Positions 51,170-60,516 of a stretch of DNA of 64,000 nt are shown here, in pieces. The notes under the pieces are model-generated. The model saw nothing but the letters and a program-made list of their open reading frames with translations. It did not search any database and was not told the origin of the DNA. How positions within the stretch are numbered: position 1 is the stretch's first letter; every line of letters begins with the position of its first letter. Source of the stretch: an uncultured Ignavibacteriales bacterium (GTDB taxonomy: Bacteria > Bacteroidota > Ignavibacteria > Ignavibacteriales > Melioribacteraceae). Made by a program: the position numbers and the translations under genes. The DNA lies in contig CAMZLW010000079.1 of the NCBI GenBank assembly GCA_947311785.1, forward strand, positions 4,016 to 68,015. The letters run 5' to 3'.

Positions 51170-51709
51170 TTAACTTTTTGTGTCGTAAACTTTTCGGAAT
51201 TCAAAAATTGAAATTCCATACGCCACAGCTACGTTAAGGGATTGTTTAATTCCGTACTGTGGAATCTCAACTGCAAAATCACATAAATCTATTAACTCTT
51301 GTGAAACACCAGTAACTTCATTGCCAACAACTAATGCAATAGGAAATTCGCTACTTTTAATTGAATAGTGAACTCTGCTGTTATGTGCTTGTTCTAAAGC
51401 ACAAATTTTTACTCCATTTGATTTTAATCTTTTTATTACTTCGGTAGCATCTTCAACATACTCCCACTCAACACTTTCTGTTGAACCCAGTGCTGTCTTA
51501 AGTATTTCTTTCTTTGGCGGATGCGGAGTGTATCCACAAAGGAATAATTTCTTAATCATTGCACCATCCGAAGTGCGAAATATTGAGCCAACATTATAAC
51601 TACTTCGGATGCTATTTAGAATTACATATACAGGTAGTTTATCAACAGTATCAAGTGTTTCAAGTGTACTTCTATTTTTGGTAATCTCTTCGTGAGTAAG
51701 TTTTTTCAT
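51170..51709 (-). CDS. TrmH/SpoU family RNA methyltransferase
   Basis: NVGSIFRT.D, GNEVTGV and IPQYGIKQSLNV motifs. Confidence 0.92.
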   Translation of the reverse strand: MKKLTHEEITKNRSTLETLDTVDKLPVYVILNSIRSSYNVGSIFRTSDGAMIKKLFLCGYTPHPPKKEILKTALGSTESVEWEYVEDATEVIKRLKSNGVKICALEQAHNSRVHYSIKSSEFPIALVVGNEVTGVSQELIDLCDFAVEIPQYGIKQSLNVAVAYGISIFEFRKVYDTKS

Positions 51710-51755
51710 TTTCTATATTTTTATAGAAAAGCCAATAAATGGCTTTTCATATTTA

Positions 51756-52823
51756 TCAATTATCAACTCTTAATTCGTCCGTTGCCAACTGCCCACAAGC
51801 GGCAGCAATATCATCCCCTTGCGTACTACGAACAACAACAACAATATTGTTGTCGCTAAGTTTTTGTACAAACGCCTTTATATCGGAAGCAGAAGTAGGC
51901 TCTAACTCTTTTGACACTCCATCTTGAACCATGTGAGCAATGCTATTAAAAGGAATGATGTTTATTTTAGAGGGAAGACTTCGGCACAATTTAGTTATAG
52001 CCTTAACATCTTCATCCCTATCATTAACACCTTTTAACATTACATATTCAAACATTACTCGCGTATCAGTAATGCGTCCATAATAGCGTATGGCTTCAAT
52101 CACATCGTTTAAAGGATACTTAATGTTTATTGGCATAATTTTGCTTCGCACATCGTCAAAAGCGGAATGCAATGATAGAGCTAACTTAACTCGGTATGGT
52201 GAATCGGCTAATGCAATTATTTTTTCTGGAATTCCAGAAGTAGAAACAGTAATTCTTCTTCGGCTAATTCTATTTGCGTGCCTTCCAGTAAAAACGCCAA
52301 CTGCATCCAAAGTATTTTGGAAATTTATAAGTGGCTCCCCCATTCCCATAAAAACAATATTTGTAATAACATTCTTTCCAACCTCGCTGGCCACTAAGAG
52401 ATATTGGTCAACAATTTCACTAAGTGTTAGGTTACGTTTAAATCCCATTATTCCAGTAGCACAAAATTTACAATCTAACGGACATCCAACTTGTGTTGAA
52501 ATACAAAGTGTATTTCTTTGTGAGTCTGGAATTAAAACTGTTTCTATGGAATAATTATCTTTTGTTGAAAACAAATATTTTTTAGTCCTTGATTGTGTAG
52601 AACTTTGAACTGTTTTTAACGTAAGAGTTTTTACTGTAAAATCTTTTTCAAGTTTTCTTCTAAGTTTTTTAGGAATTGTTCCCATATCTTCAAAACTAGT
52701 AACAAGGTTATTATATAACCAATTAAAAACCTGAGAAGCACGAAATCTCTTTTCACCTATTGACGAAAAATAATTTTCAAGCTCTGTAAGGGTTAAACCT
52801 TTTATTTCATTTTTTTTATTCAT
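51756..52823 (-). CDS. rlmN: Dual-specificity 23S rRNA/tRNA methyltransferase RlmN
   Basis: CISTQVGCPLDCKFCATG, MGMGEP and AACGQL motifs. Confidence 0.97.
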   Translation of the reverse strand: MNKKNEIKGLTLTELENYFSSIGEKRFRASQVFNWLYNNLVTSFEDMGTIPKKLRRKLEKDFTVKTLTLKTVQSSTQSRTKKYLFSTKDNYSIETVLIPDSQRNTLCISTQVGCPLDCKFCATGIMGFKRNLTLSEIVDQYLLVASEVGKNVITNIVFMGMGEPLINFQNTLDAVGVFTGRHANRISRRRITVSTSGIPEKIIALADSPYRVKLALSLHSAFDDVRSKIMPINIKYPLNDVIEAIRYYGRITDTRVMFEYVMLKGVNDRDEDVKAITKLCRSLPSKINIIPFNSIAHMVQDGVSKELEPTSASDIKAFVQKLSDNNIVVVVRSTQGDDIAAACGQLATDELRVDN

Positions 52824-52948
52824 AGTTGCTAATATAATATAGATGTTAATGAGTTTCCAAAAATTATCTTTTTCTAAACTTCAAATATTGATATTGCAGT
52901 GTGGAATAATTAGCTTTATTCTGAATATAAAAATTAAAGGAACTAATT

Positions 52949-54091
52949 ATGAAATTTACTTTAACAGAAGAACAAGCTATGATTCAAGAGATGGTGCGTG
53001 ATTTTGCACAAACTGAAATTGCACCATCTGCAATTGAAAGAGATAAAAGTGAAGAGTTTCCTGCCGAGATAATAAAAAAAATGGCAGAACTTGGTCTGAT
53101 GGGAATGATGGTTAACCCCAAGTATGATGGGGCTGGAATGGATACTATTAGTTATTGTTTAGCAATGATGGAAATTTCAAAAGTAGATGCAGCAGTTGGT
53201 GTTATAATGTCTGTTAATAATTCTTTGGTAACTTTTGGGCTTGAGAAATGGGGCTCAGATTTTATAAAAGAGAAATATTTAAAACCACTTGCGCGTGGCG
53301 AAAAGCTTGGAGCCTTTGCTCTATCTGAACCAGAGGCTGGCAGCGATGCAACAAGACAGCAAACTAATGCTGTAAAAGATGGCAACCATTGGATTATTAA
53401 TGGGATTAAAAATTGGATAACTAACGGAGAATCTGCCGATTACTATATTGTAATTGCACAAACTGATAAAGAGAAAAAGCATCATGGCATTACTGCGTTT
53501 GTTGTGGAAAAAGGAACTCCAGGCTTTGAACATGGTGTGCATGAAAATAAAATGGGAATTCGTAGTTCCGATACTTGTTCATTAACATTTACAGATTGCA
53601 GAGTTCCAGAAGAAAATGTTATTTGGGAAGTTGGCAAAGGATTTAACTTTGCTATGAACACACTTAATGGTGGGCGTTATGGAATTGCATCCCAAGCCGT
53701 TGGTATTGCTCAAGCTTCGTTAGATGCAGCAATTAAATATGCTAAAGAGAGAAAGGCATTTGGAACTGAAATTGCAAACCATCAAGCAATTCAATTTAAA
53801 ATTGCTGATATGGCAACACGAGCCGAAGCCGCAAAGCTACTAACACTTCAAGCCGCAGCATTAAAAGATGAAGGTAAACCATACATAAAAGAAGCTTCTA
53901 TGGCAAAACTTTTTGCATCAGAAGCTGCTACAAAAAATGCACTTGAAGCAATTCAAATTCACGGGGGCTATGGCTATGTAAGGGAATATCAGGTGGAAAG
54001 ATTTTTACGAGATGCCAAGATAACAGAAATTTATGAAGGCACATCAGAAATTCAACGAATAGTAATTGGACGACAATTACTCAGAGATTAA
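52949..54091 (+). CDS. Acyl-CoA dehydrogenase (short-chain type)
   Basis: ALSEPEAGSD, KNWITNG, QIHGGYGY and IYEGTSEIQR motifs. Confidence 0.96.
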   Translation: MKFTLTEEQAMIQEMVRDFAQTEIAPSAIERDKSEEFPAEIIKKMAELGLMGMMVNPKYDGAGMDTISYCLAMMEISKVDAAVGVIMSVNNSLVTFGLEKWGSDFIKEKYLKPLARGEKLGAFALSEPEAGSDATRQQTNAVKDGNHWIINGIKNWITNGESADYYIVIAQTDKEKKHHGITAFVVEKGTPGFEHGVHENKMGIRSSDTCSLTFTDCRVPEENVIWEVGKGFNFAMNTLNGGRYGIASQAVGIAQASLDAAIKYAKERKAFGTEIANHQAIQFKIADMATRAEAAKLLTLQAAALKDEGKPYIKEASMAKLFASEAATKNALEAIQIHGGYGYVREYQVERFLRDAKITEIYEGTSEIQRIVIGRQLLRD

Positions 54092-54109
54092 TTAATAAGG
54101 TAATAATAA

Positions 54110-54385
54110 ATGAGAAAAATCATTGAGGCGAAAGCACTTCCAAATAAAATTATATATGCAAAATATTCAAACGGAATGGAAGGCAAGGTATCGCTTAAAA
54201 AGTTAACAACAAGAGAGCAGTATGCTAAATTAGAAAACATCGATGTTTTCACAGATGTGCAAATTGATGAAAAATCTGGCGATATTATTGTAAATGGAAA
54301 TATTGAACTTTGTAAAAACGCCCTATACGGTATCTTGGATTTAAAAAAACAAATGGCAGGGCTTGGATTATCAATGGATGACTAA
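54110..54385 (+). CDS. DUF2442-like small protein
   Basis: 91 aa with the pattern ...YSNG..G.V.L...F..V.ID...I....IELC...LY. Confidence 0.6.
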   Translation: MRKIIEAKALPNKIIYAKYSNGMEGKVSLKKLTTREQYAKLENIDVFTDVQIDEKSGDIIVNGNIELCKNALYGILDLKKQMAGLGLSMDD

Positions 54386-54819
54386 TGAAAGTAATTACTT
54401 TAATTATACTTATTACATCTAATTTTATTTATTCGCAATCTGATTGGGAACGATGGGGAAAAGTGGATATTTGCTATTCCCCTTATTCGCATAGCATTAA
54501 CGAGCATACAATAGAAATGGAAGCATCTGTTTTAACAGTACTGAAAGATGGCTATTCATTTTTCATCTCAGATTTGGATGGAGATAATTGTCCGTTCTAC
54601 CCAACGTGTTCATCTTTTTTTGTGGAGTCGGTTAGCGAAACAAATATTTTAAAAGGAACACTAATGTTTGCCGATAGATTTACGAGAGATTCAAATTTGT
54701 TTAAAACTCGCAAACACTATGCAACTCATATTTCTGGAAAATTATACGACCCAATAAAGAATTATTTATTAATTGATAGCACCATTATATATTCTTCAAG
54801 AGAAGAGTTGGCAAAATAA
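54385..54819 (+). CDS. YidD (DUF37)-domain protein with predicted signal peptide
   Basis: YSFFIS..DG.NCPFYPTCS...G..M..DR..R...YDP. Confidence 0.75.
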   Translation: MKVITLIILITSNFIYSQSDWERWGKVDICYSPYSHSINEHTIEMEASVLTVLKDGYSFFISDLDGDNCPFYPTCSSFFVESVSETNILKGTLMFADRFTRDSNLFKTRKHYATHISGKLYDPIKNYLLIDSTIIYSSREELAK

Positions 54820-55701
54820 ATGATTACTTATAGATTAATACAAATTACATATTTGTTTCTTCTAGAAATTATTTTTGCATCTACTAATTTAGTAGCACAA
54901 ACAAACAATGACATTTTCTCTACACAAAACAGAATTGCTTTTGGAAATAATCTTTTTTGCGAAAGAGATTATTTAAGAGCTATAGATGAGTTTAAGTTCG
55001 TGTTAAAAAGTGAGTGGAATGATTCTTTGCAATTTAAAATTGCGACCTCCTACCTTAGAATGAGTGATTATAACCAAGCCTACAAAGAGTATCAGAAGAT
55101 TTGTAAAAATTCGCTGTTGTATGAACAAAGTCAATATGAAAAATTGAGGTCTTTGTTTAAGTCAGAAAACTATTCATTTCTGAATAACCAAGTGGATAAG
55201 CAAATATTAAATTCAAAATTAAACTCGTTACAAATATTAAGGCTACGAAACTCCGCACTACTTTTGGAGGATAAAACATTGCCAGAAAAAAACGACTTTG
55301 TCTCTGTATATGTAGAGAATGACAAAACAAAAATGTCTGAGTTTTATAATTGGAAATCAAAACCTCCATTTAAAAGCCCAACAACAGCTGCAATTATGTC
55401 GGCACTAATACCCGGCTCTGGAAAAATTTATGCAGATGAAATTGGTGATGGAATTACTGCATTTTTATTAACAGGATTATTTACATATTTATCAGTTGAT
55501 AAATTTAATAACAACCACAATGCAAGCGGATGGCTATACGCATCACTTGCAGCATTTTTCTATGCAGGTAATGTTTACGGCTCGGCTACTGCTGTACAAA
55601 ATTATAATGCTGGAATAAAATTTAATTTTGATAGCAAAGTGAAATTATTTATAAATGATCGAAATCAATTTTTACCAACTCCAAAACATTTGTGCAATTA
55701 G
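54820..55701 (+). CDS. Exported TPR protein with C-terminal TM2/DUF5683-like membrane domain
   Basis: Signal peptide LVA-Q, TPR-like helices, KSPTTAAIMSALIPGSGKIY. Confidence 0.7.
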   Translation: MITYRLIQITYLFLLEIIFASTNLVAQTNNDIFSTQNRIAFGNNLFCERDYLRAIDEFKFVLKSEWNDSLQFKIATSYLRMSDYNQAYKEYQKICKNSLLYEQSQYEKLRSLFKSENYSFLNNQVDKQILNSKLNSLQILRLRNSALLLEDKTLPEKNDFVSVYVENDKTKMSEFYNWKSKPPFKSPTTAAIMSALIPGSGKIYADEIGDGITAFLLTGLFTYLSVDKFNNNHNASGWLYASLAAFFYAGNVYGSATAVQNYNAGIKFNFDSKVKLFINDRNQFLPTPKHLCN

Positions 55702-56535
55702 ATGAAAAAAGCATTTTATATATCTATAATTTTATTTAGTTGGATTGGATTTACTAAAGCCCAAGACTTGAAATTGCAGAAGCATTATGCAGACTCCCTT
55801 TTTCAGTCTGAACAATTTTTTGATGCAATCACAGAATATAAAAGATTGATGTTCTTTTCTAATTCTGATGAAAATAATTACGATACAAATTTTCGTATTG
55901 CCCTATGTTATAAGGCTGGAGGTAAATATAACGCTGCAATTAAGCATTTTAATATTGCAAAGGTCTATTCCATCAACACTCAAGATTCTATTGCTACTGA
56001 ACTACAAATAATTAGGACAAATATTTTAAGACGAACTATCCCCGAAGCCTTGCTGTTACTAAACAATATGGATGGAGCCTACAAAAACAAAATTGATTCC
56101 AGCAAAATAATCTATTGGCGTGGGTGGGCTTACCTAATGGCAGATGATTGGGAATTGGCATCAGAAGAATTTCAAAAATTAAACAAATTCCACCCAATTA
56201 AAACTCTAGCAGATAGTGTTAATGCAAAAAAATATTCTGTTGTTTTTGCAAAAGTAGCTTCATTTATTATCCCTGGTTCGGGACAGTTTTATACTGGTAA
56301 TTATTTATCTGGAATTATGTCCCTCGGCTGGAATCTGATGTTCGGATATTTAACAATAAATGCTTTCCTTACGGATAGAGCGGTGGAAGGGATTTTAATT
56401 GGAAGTCTCCTCTGGACACGGTTCTACAAAGGTAATTTCCAAAATGCAGAAAAATTTGCTGTTGAACGGAATAAAAAAATATCCAACAAAGCGTATGAAT
56501 TTTTATCTAAAAAATATGTAGGCGAAAAGCCTTAA
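55702..56535 (+). CDS. Paralogous exported TPR protein with TM2/DUF5683-like domain
   Basis: Signal peptide TKA-Q, AITEYKR TPR, SFIIPGSGQFYTG. Confidence 0.7.
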   Translation: MKKAFYISIILFSWIGFTKAQDLKLQKHYADSLFQSEQFFDAITEYKRLMFFSNSDENNYDTNFRIALCYKAGGKYNAAIKHFNIAKVYSINTQDSIATELQIIRTNILRRTIPEALLLLNNMDGAYKNKIDSSKIIYWRGWAYLMADDWELASEEFQKLNKFHPIKTLADSVNAKKYSVVFAKVASFIIPGSGQFYTGNYLSGIMSLGWNLMFGYLTINAFLTDRAVEGILIGSLLWTRFYKGNFQNAEKFAVERNKKISNKAYEFLSKKYVGEKP

Positions 56536-56594
56536 AATATTTTGGAAATATTGTTTATCTTTAAAATCAAAATTGAAATAGAATGGAGAAATAA

Positions 56595-57200
56595 ATGTCG
56601 AAAGGTATGAAAATAGGGTTAGGAATAGTTGGAGTATTAGTTCTAATAGTTATTATGACAATTAGCTGGTTTGTTGGGCATTACAACACGCTTGTAACTT
56701 TGGAAGAAAATGTAACGCAGTCGTGGAGCCAGGTTGAAAACCAATATCAAAGACGTATGGATTTAATCCCTAATTTAGTTAATACGGTTAAGGGCTATGC
56801 CACACACGAAAAAGAAACATTTTTAGCTGTAACAGAAGCTCGTTCAAAGGTAAACAATATTAATGTAAGTTCAGATATGTTAAATAATCCTCAAGCATTT
56901 CAAAAATTTCAACAAGCACAAGCTGGTTTAGGTTCGGCACTTTCTCGTTTGTTGGTAACGGTTGAAAAATATCCCGACTTAAAAGCAAATGAAAATTTCT
57001 TGCAGCTTCAAGCACAGTTGGAAGGAACGGAAAATAGAATTTCTGTTGAACGCAGAAAATTTAATAAAGCTGTACAAGGCTACAACACAACTATCAGAAG
57101 ATTTCCTGCTAACTTTATTGCTGGCATGACAGGCTTTACACAAAAAGAATACTTCAAATCTATTGAAGGTTCGGATGTTGCACCAAAAGTTAAGTTTTAA
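56595..57200 (+). CDS. lemA: LemA family protein
   Basis: YN.LV, QYQRRMDLIPNLV.TVKGYA.HE, YPDLKAN..F and EGTENRI motifs. Confidence 0.95.
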   Translation: MSKGMKIGLGIVGVLVLIVIMTISWFVGHYNTLVTLEENVTQSWSQVENQYQRRMDLIPNLVNTVKGYATHEKETFLAVTEARSKVNNINVSSDMLNNPQAFQKFQQAQAGLGSALSRLLVTVEKYPDLKANENFLQLQAQLEGTENRISVERRKFNKAVQGYNTTIRRFPANFIAGMTGFTQKEYFKSIEGSDVAPKVKF

Positions 57201-57204
57201 TTTT

Positions 57205-57975
57205 ATGAATAATAATATTAGAAATAATAAATTTTGTTTTGCTAATACTATCTTTATTAAAATGATAGTATTAGTTTTTTTCTATTTTGGAATTAGTAAT
57301 ATTTCGGCACAACCTAAAATTCCTCAACTAAAACAATATGCAAACGATTTAACCAATACAATTTCCGCTTCGCAATTATCACAATTGAGCCAAGAGCTAA
57401 AAAAGTTTGATGATGCTACATCCAATCAAATTATTTTGCTTATAATTCCTACTCTTGATGGATATCCATTGGATATGTATGCAAATGAAGTTGCCGAAAA
57501 AAATAGAATTGGAACAAAAGGAAATGATAATGGAATTCTTTTTCTTGTTGTTAAGAACGATAGAAAAATGAGAATTGAAGTTGGTTACGGATTAGAAGGT
57601 GCTTTGCCCGATGCCTTGGCAAGTTCAATAATTAGAAATGAAGTTGCTCCTTATTTTAAGCGTGATGATTATGCATCTGGTGTTATTGCTGGTCTTTCTG
57701 CAATTATTTCTGCCACAAAAGGTGAATACACAAACACTAGAAAGCAACGAGACAACGATGAAGATGGCGGTTTTCCATGGGGCTTTTTGGTTTTCATAAT
57801 TATCTTTTTAGTTTTTGGAAAAAATCGTGGCGGACTTGGAACTTTACTTTTACTCGGTGCCCTTGGTGGTGGCGGACGTAGTAGTGGCGGTTTTGGTGGC
57901 GGTGGATTTTCTGGTGGTGGTTTCAGCGGCGGAGGCGGTGGCTTTGGCGGTGGTGGTGCTAGCGGTGGCTGGTAA
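57205..57975 (+). CDS. TPM domain (YgcG-like) protein with Gly-rich tail
   Basis: DNGILFLV..DR..RIEVGYGLEG.LPD; GGGGFGGGGASGGW terminus; start uncertain. Confidence 0.92.
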   Translation: MNNNIRNNKFCFANTIFIKMIVLVFFYFGISNISAQPKIPQLKQYANDLTNTISASQLSQLSQELKKFDDATSNQIILLIIPTLDGYPLDMYANEVAEKNRIGTKGNDNGILFLVVKNDRKMRIEVGYGLEGALPDALASSIIRNEVAPYFKRDDYASGVIAGLSAIISATKGEYTNTRKQRDNDEDGGFPWGFLVFIIIFLVFGKNRGGLGTLLLLGALGGGGRSSGGFGGGGFSGGGFSGGGGGFGGGGASGGW

Positions 57976-57977
57976 TT

Positions 57978-58322
57978 GTGAATGTTACTGAAGGGGTTAA
58001 ACTATTTAATGATGGAAGTTATTTTGAAGCTCACGATTATTTTGAAGAACTTTGGAATTGTTCTTCTGGCAAAGAGCGAGAGTTCTATCAAGGATTGGTT
58101 CAAGTATCAGTTGGTGCTTTTCATTTTAGTAGCCAAAATTTTGAAGGTGCTTTTAGTCAATTTTCTAAAGGTGTAAAAAAGTTGGAACAATATTCTAACA
58201 ATTACAAGAACTTAAATTTATTGCAATTTAGACACGATATAAATTTCTTAAGTAAAGAAATAACTCTTTTTTTTTCAAAAAAAAAGCATACTTTTGAAGT
58301 ATTAAAAATACATCTTATTTAA
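57978..58322 (+). CDS. DUF309 domain protein
   Basis: FN.G.YFEAHD.FEELW and YQGLVQ motifs. Confidence 0.85.
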   Translation: MNVTEGVKLFNDGSYFEAHDYFEELWNCSSGKEREFYQGLVQVSVGAFHFSSQNFEGAFSQFSKGVKKLEQYSNNYKNLNLLQFRHDINFLSKEITLFFSKKKHTFEVLKIHLI

Positions 58323-58342
58323 TAAACATTAACAAAACTTAG

Positions 58343-58573
<231 letters not shown>

Positions 58574-58596
58574 AAAATCTTTTATAGATTTAAAAC

Positions 58597-58634
58597 AAAA
58601 ACCCAATCATGTTATATTGCATGGTTGGGTTTTT
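58597..58634 (+). terminator. Rho-independent terminator after the ferredoxin gene
   Basis: aaaaacccaatcatg/catggttgggttttt. Confidence 0.8.
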
Positions 58635-58749
58635 CCTTTTTGTAGGAAAACAAACTGTAGTGAAGATTACTACTAAAAGCATTGTTTATAGAGTAATCAT
58701 GCCAATCAAGTAAAATATAAAATTATATTTTTTATTGGATTATAAAGAT

Positions 58750-59760
58750 ATGAACCACAAAGCTAAATGGTGGAAAGAGGAAACTAGTAGCAAAGTTAAA
58801 TGCACACTTTGCCCACGCTATTGCATTTTAGCCAATGGACAACAGGGATTTTGTTTTATAAGAAAAAATATTGACGGAACCCTTTATTCTACTGCCTATG
58901 GACGACCAACTGGATTTGCAATTGACCAAATTGAGAAAAAACCGCTTAACCATTTTTATCCAGGCACAGATATTTTAAGCTTTGGCACTGCTGGTTGTAA
59001 TCTTGGTTGCAAGTTTTGCCAGAACTGGACTATGAGTAAATCTAAGCTGGATGAAGTAAACTCCGTTTCTGCAACTCCAGAAGATGTAATAGTTTTAGCA
59101 AAAAAACATAATGTAAAATCTATTGCATTTACTTACAACGACCCCACTATCATTGGGGAATATGTAATTGATGTTTCTAAAATAGCACGGCACGAGGGAA
59201 TTAAATCTGTGATGGTTACAGCAGGTTACATCGATAGTGAGGCTCGCAAAGATGTTTACAAATACATTGATGCAGCTAATGTAGATTTAAAAGCATTCAC
59301 AGAAGATTTTTATCATAACCTTACCGCCTCACAACTCGCTCCTGTATTAGACACAATTAAGTGGTTAAAAAACGAAACAGACATTTGGATAGAACTTACT
59401 ACGCTTTTAATTCCAAACGAAAATGATTCGGATGACGAAATAAAACGAATGTCCAATTGGATTTTAGAAAATATAGGTGATGAAGTGCCTCATCATTTTA
59501 CAGCTTTCCATCCAACATTTAAAATGCAAAATCATCAACAAACACCATTAGCAACGGTTAATAGAGCTAGAGAAATTGCAATGGATACTGGAATTAAATA
59601 TGTATATACAGGTAATGTACACAACCCTGAAGCCGAAACGACCTACTGCCCTAATTGCAAAACTCCTTTAATAGAAAGGGATTGGCACAATGTTAGCACT
59701 AATAAAATTATACAAGGGACGTGTTATAACTGTGGTAAAAAAATTTCAGGAAAGTTTTAA
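58750..59760 (+). CDS. amrS: AmmeMemoRadiSam system radical SAM enzyme
   Basis: C..CPR.C...G.C..R, IEKKPL.HF.PG, CNLGCKFCQNW, C-terminal CPNC...CYNCG. Confidence 0.88.
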   Translation: MNHKAKWWKEETSSKVKCTLCPRYCILANGQQGFCFIRKNIDGTLYSTAYGRPTGFAIDQIEKKPLNHFYPGTDILSFGTAGCNLGCKFCQNWTMSKSKLDEVNSVSATPEDVIVLAKKHNVKSIAFTYNDPTIIGEYVIDVSKIARHEGIKSVMVTAGYIDSEARKDVYKYIDAANVDLKAFTEDFYHNLTASQLAPVLDTIKWLKNETDIWIELTTLLIPNENDSDDEIKRMSNWILENIGDEVPHHFTAFHPTFKMQNHQQTPLATVNRAREIAMDTGIKYVYTGNVHNPEAETTYCPNCKTPLIERDWHNVSTNKIIQGTCYNCGKKISGKF

Positions 59761-60516
59761 TTACTTTGCAAACTCAGAAACAACAATAGCCGTGGCAGTA
59801 GCAACATTAAGCGATTCGGCATTTCCAAATTTTGGAATTGTAATAATTGAATCAGCAATTTCAAGAAGTCTTTCGGTTGGGCCACTTGCTTCGTTGCTAA
59901 AAACTAAAACCGCCGATTTGCTTTTATTAAAATCATAAATGTTCTCACCATTCATATCAGCACAGAAAATCTTTTTCCCTTTTTGCTTAAATGCTTTTAA
60001 GGTACCAACAATATTTTCTGAAATTTGAATATTAACATGAAATAGTGAACCCATTGTTGAGCGAATAACTTTTGGGTTGTAAATATCTACAGAATTACTA
60101 CTTATAATTATATCATTAATTCCAAACCAATCGCAAGTGCGAATTATTGTTCCAACATTACCTGGATCTGAAATATTTTCTAATGCAACAACAAGTCCTT
60201 TTTTTGTTTCATCAATATATCTTTGTAAAGGAATTTCCATTATTGCCAAAACCCCTTGCGGTGTCTGTGTATCTGCAATAGTTGAAAAATCATTATCGGC
60301 TATTGTTTGAACAATTGTTCTATGTTTGTATTTATTTATTTTTTCGGTGTTGGTTTTAGCAAAACTTTCGGATGCAATAATTACTTCGCAATCAAAATTA
60401 CTTTCAACTGCCTCATCAACCAACCTTTTTCCCTCAACAATAAATTTTTGTTCAATCTTTCGGTATTTAACTTTGTTTAGTGATGTATAATACTTCAACT
60501 CACGTTTGGTAAGCAT
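59761..60516 (-). CDS. TrmH family RNA methyltransferase
   Basis: TPQG, DPGNVGTIIRT, NEASG and ESLNVA motifs. Confidence 0.92.
   Translation of the reverse strand: MLTKRELKYYTSLNKVKYRKIEQKFIVEGKRLVDEAVESNFDCEVIIASESFAKTNTEKINKYKHRTIVQTIADNDFSTIADTQTPQGVLAIMEIPLQRYIDETKKGLVVALENISDPGNVGTIIRTCDWFGINDIIISSNSVDIYNPKVIRSTMGSLFHVNIQISENIVGTLKAFKQKGKKIFCADMNGENIYDFNKSKSAVLVFSNEASGPTERLLEIADSIITIPKFGNAESLNVATATAIVVSEFAK

Noticed and set aside
57862..57972. GC-rich GGT/GGC repeat
   Set aside because: It encodes the normal Gly-rich tail of TPM/YgcG proteins
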